DNA of 64,000 nucleotides from Macrostomum lignano (Eukaryota): NCBI GenBank assembly GCA_002269645.1, contig NIVC01001124.1, positions 186,001 to 250,000 of the forward strand, read 5' to 3'. Shown piece by piece: positions 43,440 to 56,837 of this stretch (position 1 is its first letter; each line of letters starts with the position of its first letter). The notes under the pieces were generated by a model. It saw only the letters and a program-made list of their open reading frames with translations, ran no database searches and was not told where the DNA came from. The position numbers and the translations under genes were made by a program.

Positions 43440-43832
43440 ATGGCTCAAAAGCTCGTCCAGCATCTTGCTTTGATGCAGCTGCTGCTTCTGCTGCTCCTGC
43501 TGCACAGCGGCGGCGGCGGCTGTAGCAGCGCCGGCCTCGATCTCGACGCCGGCCTTGAGACAGAGGACGACAGCGCTGCAGTCGTCGGCCTCGAGACCGA
43601 CAAGAGATGTGAGGCTTTGCCTGTCTAGCTCGTATCAAATTGACATTGAAATAAACTTAATTGACATAATTGACACTAACTGACATCGGCAGACATGCAC
43701 ACCGGCCTGTCCTACTGCACCAGGCTGTGCCACTACAACTTCGGCCGGCACGCCAGATGCCGCGGCTATTTCAATTCGGTCAGCCGCGGCTGCGACTGCG
43801 TCTGCGCCGCGTTCAACGGCTGGGGCCGTTGA
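43440..43832 (+). CDS. Secreted cysteine-rich peptide precursor (102 aa; exons 43440-43608, 43693-43832): signal peptide, acidic propeptide, KR, 6-Cys mature peptide, C-terminal GR
   Basis: Donor T|GTGAG, CTAAC branch-like motif and CAG acceptor give an 84-nt phase-1 intron. GC3-rich codons; AATAAA at 43953 and 43964. Confidence 0.85.
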
Positions 43833-44094
43833 CTGACCAGTATCGAGACTGCTCGAGCCCAATGCTCGTGTCTGCAACCGCGGCTTTGCAAAACGTTTCA
43901 CTGACAATCATAAAGTTCCTGACGATCTGGAACAGCGAGATCATAGTTCTAGAATAAAACGATAATAAACGAGAAGAGTAGTTATGCTAGACTAATTAAA
44001 GAGACTTATCAGTTTTTTTCTTGGAAATAAGTATGTTTTTGTTTTAGAAAGTCTCATCTCTCTGGTATTTAAAAGCTTTTGAGACCCTCTGTTG

Positions 44095-45243
44095 CTTGAA
44101 AGCATGCAGCTCTCTGCGGTTTGAAAGCAACAGCTCTCTGCGGTTTGAAGTCAACAGCTCTCTGAGGTTTGAAGGCAACAGCTCTCTGCGGTTTGAAGGC
44201 AACAGCTCTCTGCGGTTTGAAGGCAACAGCTCTCTGCGGTTTGAAGGCATGCAGCTCTCTGCGGTTTGAAGGCAACAGCTCTCTGCGGTTTGAAGGCAAC
44301 AGCTCTCTGCGGTTTGAAGGCAACAGCTCTCTGCGGTTTGAAGGCAACAGCTCTCTGCGGTTTGAAAGCATGCAGCTCTCTGCGGTTTGAAAGCATGCAG
44401 CTCTCTGCGGTTTGAAGGCAACAGCTCTCTGCGGTTTGAAGGCAACAGCTCTCTGCGGTTTGAAGGCAACAGCTCTCTGCGGTTTGAAGGCAACAGCTCT
44501 CTGCGGTTTGAAGGCAACAGCTCTCTGCGGTTTGAAGGCATGCAGCTCTCTGCGGTTTGAAGGCATGCAGCTCTCTGCGGTTTGAAGGCATGCAGCTCTC
44601 TGCGGTTTGAAGGCAACAGCTCTCTGCGGTTTGAAGGCAACAGCTCTCTGCGGTTTGAAGGCAACAGCTCTCTGCGGTTTGAAGGCAACAGCTCTCTGCG
44701 GTTTGAAGGCATGCAGCTCTCTGCGGTTTGAAGGCAACAGCTCTCTGCGGTTTGAAGGCATGCAGCTCTCTGCGGTTTGAAGGCATGCAGCTCTCTGCGG
44801 TTTGAAGGCATGCAGCTCTCTGCGGTTTGAAGGCATGCAGCTCTCTGCGGTTTGAAGGCATGCAGCTCTCTGCGGTTTGAAGGCAACAGCTCTCTGCGGT
44901 TTGAAGGCAACAGCTCTCTGCGGTTTGAAGGCAACAGCTCTCTACGGTTTGAAGGCAACAGCTCTCTGCGGTTTGAAGGCAACAGCTCTCTACGGTTTGA
45001 AGGCAACAGCTCTCTGCGGTTTGAAGGCAACAGCTCTCTGCGGTTTGAAGGCAACAGCTCTCTACGGTTTGAAGGCAACAGCTCTCTGCGGTTTGAAGGC
45101 AACAGCTCTCTGCGGTTTGAAGGCAACAGCTCTCTGAGGTTTGAAGGCAACAGCTCTCTGAGGTTTGAAGGCAACAGCTCTCTGCGGTTTGAAAGCATGC
45201 AGCTCTCTGCGGTTTGAAGGCATGCAGCTCTCTGCGGTTTGAA
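44095..45243. repeat. 24/25-bp minisatellite (gaaggcaacagctctctgcggttt)
   Basis: Direct reading. Confidence 0.96.
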
Positions 45244-45807
45244 ATGACCTGTGGTATTTAAATGATCAGAAGTCAACAATACTTCGTGAGAGCTACAAAG
45301 TGGCTGGCAAAGATGAGCAATCAAGACGCTAAAATTAGATATCCCAGTTGCGTCGAACGGAAAATCAATCAGCGTTAAAACTAGCGAAAGGTTTCAAAGA
45401 CGCGGAGAATATTTATCAGTCTGCAGCCGGAAAATATCGTCAAAGCAAATTCCCTAATTAAGCCGCAGTTTGAGATTCCTGAGCAAATCTTCCTAGCGGA
45501 ATTTGTAAACTGCCGATGCATCAATACCAAACAGCTTTGCAGCTTTGGGGAGACATCGAGTTTCCTTTTGCCAGCTGGCTTGAATGAGGCTTCAGTCTAA
45601 TTAGCAGCGGCCAGCTAGTAGAATTCTGCAAGGAAATCTGCAGCAAACCAGTCCTGAAATTCTACACTTTGACTCTTCCTGCACCATCCTGAGACGTGGA
45701 CACCTGAGAGTTCAGTAGTGGAAATTTATCTGTCAAAGTCTTTCACACAGAAAAATTTACCAAGCTGTGTTAGTTTTAGCTTCTGTCTACGAGCCCAGTG
45801 CGTCTAC

Positions 45808-47338
45808 ATGTAGGATCAATGTAGGATCATGTCATATAGGATCATGTAGGATCATGTGGGATCGTGTAGAATCATGTGGGATCGTGTAGAATCATGTCAT
45901 ATAGGATCGTGTAGAATCATGTCATGTAAGATCATGTAGGATCACGTCATGTAGGATCGTGTAGGATCATGTAATGTAGGATCGTGTAGAATGATGTAAT
46001 GTAGGATCGTGTAGGATCATGTTATGTAGGATCGTGTAGAATGATGTCATGTAGGATCGTGTAGGATCATGTTATGTAGGATCGTGTAGAATCATGTAAT
46101 GTAGGATCGTGTAGGATTATGTCATGTAAGATCGTGTAGAATCATGTAATGTAGGATCGTGTAGAATGATGTCATGTAGGATCGTGTAGAATGATGTCAT
46201 GTAGGATCGTGTAGAATGATGTCATGTAGGATCGTGTAGGATTATGTTATGTAGGATCGTGTAGAATCATGTAATGTAGGATCGTGTAGGATTATGTCAT
46301 GTAAGATCATGTAGGATCACGTCATGTAGGATCGTGTAGGATTATGTCATGTAAGATCGTGTAGAATCATGTAATGTAGGATCGTGTAGAATGATGTCAT
46401 GTAGGATCGTGTAGGATCATGTTATGTAGGATCGTGTAGGATCATGTAATGTAGGATCGTGTAGGATCATGTTATGTAGGATCGTGTAGAATGATGTCAT
46501 GTAGGATCGTGTAGGATTATGTCATGTAAGATCATGTAGGATCACGTCATGTAGGATCGTGTAGGATTATGTCATGTAAGATCGTGTAGAATCATGTAAT
46601 GTAGGATCGTGTAGAATGATGTCATGTAGGATCGTGTAGGATCATGTTATGTAGGATCGTGTAGAATCATGTAATGTAGGATCGTGTAGAATGATGTAAT
46701 GTAGGATCGTGTAGGATCATGTTATGTAGGATCGTGTAGAATCATGTAATGTAGGATCGTGTAGGATTATGTCATGTAAGATCGTGTAGAATCATGTAAT
46801 GTAGGATCGTGTAGGATTATGTCATGTAGGATCGTGTAGAATGATGTCATGTAGGATCGTGTAGAATGATGTCATGTAGGATCGTGTAGAATGATGTCAT
46901 GTAGGATCAATGTAGGATCATGTCATGTAGGATCGTGTAGAATCATGTAATGTAGGATCGTGTAGAATCATGTAATGTAGGATCGTGTAGAATATGTCAT
47001 GTAGGATCAATGTAGGATCATGTCATATAGGATCGTGTAAGATCATGTCATGTAGGATCGTGTAAGATCATGTCATGTATGATCGTGTAGAATCATGTCA
47101 TGTAGGATCGTGTAGAATCATGTAATGTAGGATCGTGTAGAATATGTCATGTAGGATCAATGTAGGATCATGTCATATAGGATCGTGTAAGATCATGTCA
47201 TGTAGGATCGTGTAAGATCATGTCATGTAGGATCGTGTAAGATCATGTCATGTATGATCGTGTAAGATCATGTCATGTAGGATCGTGTAAGATCATGTCA
47301 TGTAGGATCGTGTAGGATCACGTCATGTAAGATCGTGT
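45808..47338. repeat. 25-bp minisatellite (atgtaggatcgtgtagaatcatgtc)
   Basis: Direct reading. Confidence 0.96.
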
Positions 47339-47917
47339 GTAGGGTCCTTTAGTCGGATTTGAGAAAAGAGTTTAAAAGCAGCAGCTAATAAGTAGGTGGC
47401 TCATATAGAGAAGATTGATGCGAAATAGCATAGAAATTTTGGAGTTGGAATGCTGTCTATTTATGAGGATTATCGGAACACAATTGCCAGAGCAAAACAA
47501 ATATATTTAGCAATCAGTTAGCACAAAATCCTACTGAGATTTTAGCAAAAATTAGCAAAATTAGCAAAATTATGGCACAAAAAAATGAGGTTTTCAATTA
47601 TTTTAATATAAGCACAGCCAATTTCTTATCTGAAAAAAAAACGCCTCGCAATAAAATTAAAAAATACTACTTTTAATTTTCTTACTACTTTTGAAAGTAG
47701 CAACACAGCGGGGGAACACATGGCAGCCAAAAACACCGAAGAATTTGGACCAGAAAGTGCAAATTATCAAAATACTCATAACGATTGTTCGACTGGATGA
47801 AGCTGAGAGCAAAGCCTTATGGAGATCGTGAGGATGGGGAAGTGGAGAATAGGGATCTCGGTAGCAATTGACACATTCTGGGCCACTGAAGATGCAATGA
47901 GCGAGATATGGGTCAGT

Positions 47918-48993
47918 GCGGAGATGGGTCAGTGAGGGAGGTGGGTCAGTGAGGGAGGTGGGTCAGTGAGGGAGGTGGGTCAGTGAGGGAGGTAGGCTCA
48001 GTGGGTAAGTGGGAGAGGTGGGTCAGTGAGGGAGGTGGGTCAGTGAGGGAGGTAGGCCAATGGGTCAGTGAGGGAGGTGGGTCAGTGGGTAAGTGGGAGA
48101 GGTGGGTCAGTGAGGGAGGTGGGTCAGTGAGGGAGGTGGGTCAGTGAGGGAGGTGGGTCAGTGAGGGAGGTAGGCCAATGGGTCAGTGAGGGAGGTGGGT
48201 CAGTGGGTAAGTGGGAGAGGTGGGTCAGTGAGGGAGGTGGGTCAGTGAGGGGGTGGGTCAGTGAGGGAGGTGGGTCAGTGAGGGAGGTGGGTCAGTGAGG
48301 GAGGTGGGTCAGTGAGGGAGGTGGGTCAGTGAGGGAGGTGGGTCAGTGAGGGAGGTGGGTCAGTGAGGGAGGTGGGTCAGTGTGAGAGGTAAGTCAGCGA
48401 GGGAGGTGGGTCAGTGAGGGAGGTAGGCCAATGGGTCACTGAGGGAGGTGGGTCAGTGGGTAAGTGGGAGAGGTGGGTCAGTGAGGGAGGTGGGTCAGTG
48501 GGTAAGTGGGAGGTGGGTCAGTGAGGGAGATAGGTCAGTGGGTAAGTGGGAGGTGGGTCAGTGAGGGAGGTAGGTCAGTGGGTAAGTGGGAGAGGTGGGT
48601 CAGTGAGAGAGGTGGGTCAGTGGGTCAGTGGGGGAGGTGGGTCAGTCGTGAGAGGTGGGTCAGTGGGTCAGTGAGGGAGGTGGGCCAATGGGTCAGTGAG
48701 AGAGGTGGGTCAGTGAGGAAGGTAGGCCACTGGGTCAGTGAGGGAGGTGGGTCAGTGGATCAGTGTGGGAGCTGGGTCAGTGTGTCAGTGAGAGAGGTGG
48801 GTCAATGGATCAGTGAGAGAGGTGAGTCAGTGAGGAAGGTGGGTCAGTGGGTCAGTGGAGGAGTGGGTCAGTGGGGGAGGTGGGTCAGTGGGGAGGTGGG
48901 TCAGTCGGGGGAGGTGGGTCAGTGGGTCAGTGGGGGAGGTGGGTAAGTGAGTGAGGGAGGTGGGTCAATGAGATAGGTGGGTCAGTGGGTCAG
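47918..48993. repeat. 17-bp G-rich minisatellite (gggtcagtgagggaggt)
   Basis: Direct reading. Confidence 0.95.
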
Positions 48994-49467
48994 ATTGAGA
49001 ACAGAATCAATGATGAAGAAGTACCAGAGTGCATGCTGAGCTAAAGAAGCAAAAATCAAATATAAAAAATCAAAAAAGAGCTCAGAACCGAGCTCTGAGC
49101 TGTTTTTACTCATATATAAATTCTAAAACTATCAATTTACATTTTTTCAAGACATTTTAGCAGTAAAAACAGTCAAGCGGTAAGTAAAACACGCGCCGAG
49201 ACAGCTGATCGCAGAGTAGAAAATTAGTAATCTGGCCCAAATATTGATTAATAAGCAATTAGCAGGTACAGACAAAAGCAGATTCACAATTTGACTGTCA
49301 CAATATTGATGCAAGTGACACAGGACCATAGTAAGCGCGCAATACAGGCAGTATGGGGCATACGTGAAGCAATAAACAATTAGTAATAATAATATTAGAA
49401 ACTTCAAGAAACCCCATTGGTATGAAGGGTTTTTTATTATAGCGTGTGTCGTGACACATCAACTTCA

Positions 49468-49985
49468 CTCTCAAATGGAATGGCACCCTTCTCAAATGAA
49501 ATGGCACCCTTCTCAAATGAAATGGCACCCTTCTCAAATGGAATGGCACCCTTCTCAAATGAAATGGCACCCTTCTCAAATGGAATGGCACCCTTCTCAA
49601 ATGAAATGGCACCCTTCTCAAATGAAATGGCACCCTTCTCAAATGAAATGGCACCCTTCTCAAATGAAATGGCATCCTTCTCAAATGAAATGGCACCCTT
49701 CTCAAATGAAATGGCAACCCTTCTCAAATGAAATGGCAATCCTTCTCAAATGAAATGGCAACCCTTCTCAAATGAAATGGCACCCTTCTCAAATGAAATG
49801 GCACCCTCAAATGAAATGGCACCCTTCTCAAATGAAATGGCATCCTTCTCAAATGAAATGGCCATTTATTTGAATGGCATCCTTCTCATATGAAGTGGCA
49901 ACACTTCTAAAATAAAGTCGCACCCTACTCAAATGAAATGGCAACCCTTCTCAAATGAAATGGCAACCCTGACATGGCACCCTTC
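49468..49985. repeat. 21-bp minisatellite (aaatgaaatggcacccttctc) immediately 3' of the RSKR stop
   Basis: Direct reading. Confidence 0.94.
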
Positions 49986-50030
49986 ACAATGAAGACCTGA
50001 ACACCCGGAAGGACCACAGTACAAGCCGTG

Positions 50031-53000
50031 CTACAATTGCGACTGCCGATAAGCCGCCGGCAGGCGCACAGATTCAAAGCTGCTGCCGCGGTCGCTGCCG
50101 TCTCCGGCCTCCGACCCCGACGACGCTGCCGATTCAGACGAGGACGCAGTCGATGCGGTCGCTTCGCCGTCAGCTTGCCGCCGCTTCTGTCGCCGCCGAC
50201 TCCGCCGCCGTTTCTGCTGCTTCTGCTGTTGCTGCTGCTTGCGCTGACCGTTGCTGCTCCCGGCGGGAGGCCGCTTCTGCGGCGCGAACCGGAGTCGCCG
50301 ATCGTCCTCAGTGGCGAAGGCGGCCGGATCCAGCCGGCGGGCGGCCAGCGCTTCAAACAGCTTGCCGCCGGCCGGGGTAGCGGAGGTCTCGCAGCCGGCG
50401 CCAAGCTCGGCGTAAAATGGCGATTGGGCGAGGTCGGGGAGGCTGGCCAAGCGTCGGCGCGGGTTCTTCTGCAGCAGCTGCTCGACGGTGTAGCGGCACT
50501 GCCAGCTCAGCCGGCCGGGCGTCTCGTATTCGTGACCGCGGATCATCTGCGCCATCTGCCGGTGCGACCGGGCGCCGTGCAGCGGGAACTGCGGGGAGAG
50601 GTGTGGGATTGGTGTGGGGTGTGAGGTGTGGGATTAGTGTGGGTATGAGGTTTGGGATTAGTGTGGGGTATGAGGTGTGGGGTGTGAGATTTGTGTGGGA
50701 TTGGTGTGGGTTGTGAGATGTGGGATTGGTGTGGGTTGTGAGATGTGGGATTGGTGGGGGTTGTGAGATGTGGGATTGGTGTGGGTTGTGAGATGTGGGA
50801 TTGGTGTGCGTTGTAAGGTGTGGGGTTTGAGGTGTGGAATATGTGTGGGGTAAGATGTGGGGTATGAGGTGTGGGATGTGAGGTGTGAGATTAAAAGTCT
50901 ACGTTGATTGGTAGGGGATATGACGTGTGAGATTGGCGTAGGGAGTGCAGTGTGGGGATTAATGTGGGGTTTTATGTGGGACTAGGTGTGGGTTTCGTGC
51001 GGAACATGAGAAGGGAAGGAAGCTGCATGAAATAGACTGGGCCTCACCTTGCCGCAAACCAGAGCATAGAACAGAATGCCCAGCGACCACCAGTCGACGG
51101 AGTGGTCGTATGGCTGACCGTTGAGCATCTCCGGAGCTGCCGGGCGGGCGAGGGTGGTATTGGAACTCTTGATGCAGAGATGGAGAAGAATCTACACGAA
51201 TGTGTGAATGAATTGAACACCTGTGTGAATGGATTGAACACCTGTGTGAATGGATTGAACTCCTGTGTGAATGGATTGAACTCCTGTGTGAATGGATTGA
51301 ACTCCTGTGTGAATGGATTGAACTCCTGTGTGAATGAATTGAACTCCTGTGTGAATGGATTGAACTCCTGTGTGAATGGATTGAACTCCTGTGTGAATGG
51401 ATTGAAATCCTGTGTGAATTTACTGAATCTGCACGTCAATTAATTGAACATATGCGTGAATCACAAGATGTACACGTGAACAGAAAGAGCCAGATTGTGA
51501 ATCACAGAATCTACACGTGAACAGAAGGAGCCAGATTGTGAATCACAGAATCTACACGTGAACAGAAAGAGCCAGATTGTGAATCACAGAATCTACACGT
51601 GAACAGAAAGAGCCAGATTGTGAATCACAGAATCTACACGTGAACAGAAGGAGCCAGATTGTGAATCACAGAATCTACACGTGAACAGAAAGAGCCAGAT
51701 TGTGAATCACAGAATCTACACGTGAACAGAAGGAGCCAGATTGTGAATCACAGAATCTACACGTGAACAGAAAGAGCCAGATTGTGAATCACAGAATCTA
51801 CACGTGAACAGAAGGAGCCAGATTGTGAATCACAGAATCTACACGTGAACAGAAAGAGCCAGATTGTGAATCACAGAATCTACACGTGAACAGAAAGAGC
51901 CAGATTGTGAATCACAGAATCTACACGTGAACAGAAAGAGCCAGATTGTGAATCACAGAATCTACACGTGAACAGAAAGAGCCAGATTGTGAATCACAGA
52001 ATCTACACGTGAACAGAAAGAGCCAGATTGTGAATCACAGAATCTACACGTGAACAGAAAGAGCCAGATTGTGAATCACAGAATCTACACGTGAACAGAA
52101 AGAGCCAGATTGTGAATCACAGAATCTACACGTGAACAGAAGAAACCAGAGTGTAAATCACAGAATCTGCTAGAACAGAGATACATAAAGACCGTGAAAG
52201 CACAGACAACGCACCCGCATAGGTGAGGGTGCCGCAGATAGTCCTAGTGTTTTGTCCTCGCTTAAGCCACTTGCACAATCCGAAGTCCACCAGGACCGGA
52301 TGGCCGGCAGCGTCCAGTACGACATTCTCCAGCTTCAAGTCCCGGAAGATCACACCGCGGCTATGCAGAAAGTCCAAGCAGCAGGCCAGTTCGGCAACAT
52401 AGAACCTGGCCAGAGGCTCCGAATAGCGGCCGTGCCTGCGCCAGTCGGCAAACAGCTCCCCATTAGGCAGGAACTGCAGCAGCAGGTAGAGCCGCTTCCT
52501 AGTCTGCCAGTGGCACTGCAGAGCGGCCACGAAAGTCGAATAGCCGATAGCCAGTTGGACTCCGACTTCGTCTTTGCTTTGGCGGACGACGCCGTGGCCC
52601 TGGGATAGTAGGCGGGCCTTGTCGATCACCTTCAACGCGTACAGCTGCTTGTCATCCTCGGAGCGAACTTTTAACACGTTGCCGAATGCGCCGGCAGAGA
52701 TCACGTCGAGTACCTGAGCGCATGCATAAGATGATTCGATTTTTATGTTAAATACGAGCATACATGCGCGCGAGGTCTACTGCAAGTAGAAATGAAAACA
52801 TTTTACATAGGGAGACGAAGATTTTAGAATCAGATATTTACGAACTATAATAAGTGTATAGATGGGCCACTTAGGCTTATTGACTAGATAAAACAGTTTC
52901 ACTACTTTCAGTTCAGTAGCAAAGAAGAACATGTAAGCTATTTTAAGAAAAGAAAAAGCAACTGGAAAGACTTGTTGACGTAAAAAGTAACTTGCTATTG

Positions 53001-53813
53001 GTTGGTGCAAGCTCCATTAAGATGTGCATCACAGCAGCTTTAGGTGGAACACAGAGTAAGGCCAATAAAATAGATGGGTGCAAGGGCGCCGTTAAGCTAA
53101 TAGTTAGGTGGGCCAATAAATGAGCTTTGTTTAAAATAAATTAAAACGCTTCCATATTACTTGCTGCTGAACTGAAAGTAGCTTACACGTAAATGTGCTG
53201 AATGGCACACCTAGTTATTATACAGTATCCAGTCCAGTTACTATCACATGCAGGAGATTGGACCAAATTTTTGGAATCGAACCCCCGGGTCCTCCTCTGA
53301 CGCTTCCAAGCTCACTTCAAGCTCGCCGAGTTCGTGCGGCCCCGGTCGCACGGGGAACTCCGGCAGGAACAGCGACTCGATGAACGGCACGGGCCATTTC
53401 GACTTCGATCCGCCAAACGGATCGCCAAGTGTAGATTGTTGAATGCACCGACGGCTGCCGCGATTCCAGCGGTCAGCCAGCTCAGAAACTGGCGCTGCTG
53501 AGCCAGCCATAATCTGATGCTGTTGCTCAGGCTGCGGCTGCTGCTGCTGATGCTCAGACTCCAGCTCCGGTTCCGGTGGAGTTGCCAATCGATTTTGCTC
53601 GGCCCCGCTAACCAGCTCGTCAGCGTCCACGCCGTCAGCTCTGGCGACGCCGAGCCCCGACGAGGCCGCCCGGCCGCTGTGCGACCTGAAGCTCAGGCGG
53701 GAGGCCCAGCGGCGGATGCGGCGAAAAGACGACTGGCGCAGGCGGTGCAGCGAGGCGAAGCTGTGCTCTCGGGCACCCCCACGCTCGTAAACGACGCCCT
53801 GCCGGTTGCCCAT
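50031..53813 (-). CDS. RSKR: Ribosomal protein S6 kinase-related protein (SGK494-like AGC kinase), about 547 aa. Exons 53813-53316, 52713-52215, 51136-51048, 50588-50031
   Basis: [17 protein letters not shown] resembles human SGK494 WPVPQFINLFLPEFPIR. Kinase motifs [43 protein letters not shown]. Junction phases are compatible; MG start. Confidence 0.9.
50600..50900. repeat. Degenerate (TGTGGGAT/GT-rich) tract, RSKR intron
   Basis: Direct reading. Confidence 0.8.
51200..51420. repeat. 21-bp minisatellite (gtgtgaatggattgaactcct)
   Basis: Direct reading. Confidence 0.93.
51468..52165. repeat. 41-bp near-perfect minisatellite (cacgtgaacagaaagagccagattgtgaatcacagaatcta)
   Basis: Direct reading. 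Confidence 0.96.
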
Positions 53814-54925
53814 GACAACCAAAACAAAGCTGGCGTCTCTCGATCTCGATGTCTGCGCACTGTTTTGTTATAGCTTTTTACTCTTTTTTAGTGTACCAAT
53901 TGTCTCTGTAGGGTTGATTGATGAAGCATCAGGTATGATTTGATAGGAATGAAAAATTGCATATTCTTTTCCTCCATGTCTTGTGTTGCATCTATTCTAG
54001 CCAATGTAATCTTTAGTTTAGTTAATAGATTATAACCAGTGTAATTATATTTATATTCAACAGCTTTTTATATTCAGCTGCTAAGGGTTAAGGAGCACTG
54101 TACAAGAACTAGCGATGTGTACGACCACCTCCTTATGTGCAACCAATGCACTAAAGTTAGGTATGCTGAGAAATTTGAAATTATCGATTGTAACTGCCAG
54201 AGTATGAAGTTGTCTACTCTTGAGGCATTGTACATTAAATAGCTAAAGCCCACCATGAACATCTAACTTGGTGGTAGAGGGGCGAGTGTCTATCTAAAAG
54301 TGTTCTAACCCTATGTGCTTGCCTCTTATTTAGGGCCAACTAACTCTGCATACCCATACTTGCATCATTTTGGCTTACTAGACTTAAAAATTTACCATCT
54401 CTTTGCATCAATATTATTGCCTGAAGATGCCAATTGTTTGGCAAAACATGTCGCACAAAGATTAATCCATAAAAAAATCAATAATAAACATATATTTAGC
54501 TTATTTTAGTATAGACTTATAAGACTTAAATTCAATTAAGGGTTAGGGCCTATACTTGTAGCCAGAAAATTGAAGATGCTCTATCCATTTTAACTTTTTA
54601 ATATATATAAAATATACTAAAATTTAGGCTATATGATTAAAATAAAATAGGGGAAATAATGCAAACTTAATACAAAATTGAACAGTAATGATTAGTCTAA
54701 CCAATCTGCTTGTGCTTGTCTGCCTGTGCTATGCTATATATTGAGACTAAGTATGCATTAATGCTGCTATATGACTATGCCTCTTCTTTTTTCTTTTTTG
54801 AATTTTCCTATATAATCTATATATAACATGAGTGTAGTCAGTTTATTGAAATATATTAGTAAAGAAAGTTTGGTCTCCAAATTTGGAAGTGTCAGCCAAT
54901 ATATTGATATGAATGAGCCTATAGT

Positions 54926-56837
54926 CAGTGTTGGGCAAGTTGGCTTCAAAGGTAACGAGCTCGCCGACTCCCTCGCTAAGGCGGGGTGTTCCGGCTCGCT
55001 CCTTGGCCCCGTGCCCCTGGCCCCCATCCCCGCCACAGTCATTAATCGTCAGATTAACGACTGGGCGGACATCCTGCACTTGCGCAGATGGGATGGTATC
55101 TCCAACTGCCGCCAATCTCGTGCGGCAGTGCCCAATCCGTCCCTTAAGCTGCGGAGAATCCTTTTGAACCAAAATCGAAAAGATATCCGCGCTCTCACTA
55201 TGACCTTCACAGGTCACGGTTGCTTTGCCAGGCACTGTTTCCTCCGAAGTGCCCGCCGGAGCGAACTCTGCCCTTTCTGCAACCTTGAGAACGAAGACGC
55301 CAAGCACTTCATCTGCCACTGCCCGGCCTTCAACCAAGACCGGCTCAACCACCTCGGACCCAACCCGTCCCTGGACGACGTTTGCCGGCCCGAGAACATC
55401 CCACGGCTCATCCGGTTCCTCCGGGCCACCAAGCGAGCCTCCGTCTTCCCCACCGAAGACAACGCTGCTGACAGGACCGGCAGACCTCCCTGACCGGCCC
55501 CGCGCCCTAGCCTATGCGGGTCTTTCAGGGATTAGCGGAATGGGCGACGCTCGCCTCCCCGCTGCGTCTTCGGACCGCCCTGCAGCTAAGTCAAGTAAGT
55601 CAAAGTTGGGCAAGTTACTTTGAAAAAGTAACTTCCAATTAAGTAACTTCCAGTTCCAGGGAAAGTAACTTTTGGCACTTGTTCCAGTACCGGTACTTTT
55701 TATAAAAAGTAACTTCCGGTACTTTCATTACTGGTCCTTTATTTTAAAGAATGGCCAATTATTAAGTGCTCAAACATGTCTTTATGAAAAAAAACAAAAA
55801 TTATTTGTTGGTCGAGACTTATACATGCTGTTATTCCTCAAAAAAGATGCTACATAATATTTTTTTATTATTGCATCCAAAATTTGAGTGAATAAACAAA
55901 ACCTTTACAAAACAATGATTAGCAGCATCTGATATATCAGGACGCTAGTTGTGATTTGTAGAAAAAAATTTGGAGGCCAAATTTCAAATGTTGATTCTGA
56001 CTCTTCAGAAGTATGAATGAAGCTGATCATTTTTGTCCAATAAGTGTGTCACAATGAGTAGAATATTTCTTCAGATGACTTTTAGTTTTTCTGGGTCATT
56101 CTTGTCCCCACATTGTTCTATAGTTTACAACAGCTATACTTTTATAATAGTGTAAGTGTACTTTTGCACAGCTGACTAATTTAGAATCAATGATAATCTT
56201 CTTATCATTGTAGAAGAAATGCCAGTTAACAATTAAGAAAAAAAGATACCAGGATAAAAAATGGATAGAATTTGATAGATGGACCAATGCACAAGATTTA
56301 AAATAACTTGATTAGTGTGCCATGTGCTACAATCAGAAAATTATAATTAGCCTCAAAATTATTCAAAAGATTTTCCACGAATCATGTGGTAGTGTCCTGA
56401 TGTACTGCTAGTTATCCTTGTTAGATCAAAATCTTGTGAGGAGTTGTTAAAGGACATTTATTGTTTTGAAAGTGTCTTGTTTCAGCATTAGTGGTTACCA
56501 ATAATTACTTAGTTCTATGATTTTAGGGTGCTTAAAATGTGCTTTAACTTAAAAGATAAAAACTACACAAACTAGGATCATCTCTTTTTTACCTTTTTAT
56601 AATTGTACTATGAGTATTTTGGTAAAAGTTTAGCGCTTTTGGGAAATTTTAGTGCTAAATTGGCTGTTTGGCAGCTAAAATTTCAATTTAAAGTGCCGGA
56701 GGACCAGATTTATCAAAAAGTAACTTCTGTTACCCTAGTCCGGCATTCTGAAAAAAAGAACTGGAAAAAGTGCCACTTTAAAAAAGTAACTTCTGATACT
56801 AAAAGTGCCAAAAGTGCCGGAACTTTGCCCAACACTG
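54926..56837. mobile_element. hAT-type non-autonomous element; 13-bp TIR CAGTGTTGGGCAA, 8-bp TSD CCTATAGT
   Basis: TSD at 54918-54925 and 56838-56845; right TIR TTGCCCAACACTG; subterminal AAAAGTAACTT motifs at both ends. Confidence 0.88.
54942..55604 (+). mobile_element. 5'-truncated non-LTR retrotransposon (RNase H end + CCHC finger; I/Ingi/LOA-like group) with 12-bp TSD
   Basis: GFKGNELADSLAK (RNase H C-terminus), TGHG...CPFCNLENEDAKHFICHC, short TAAGTCAAG tail repeats. TSD GTTGGGCAAGTT at 54930-54941 and 55605-55616. Confidence 0.88.
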
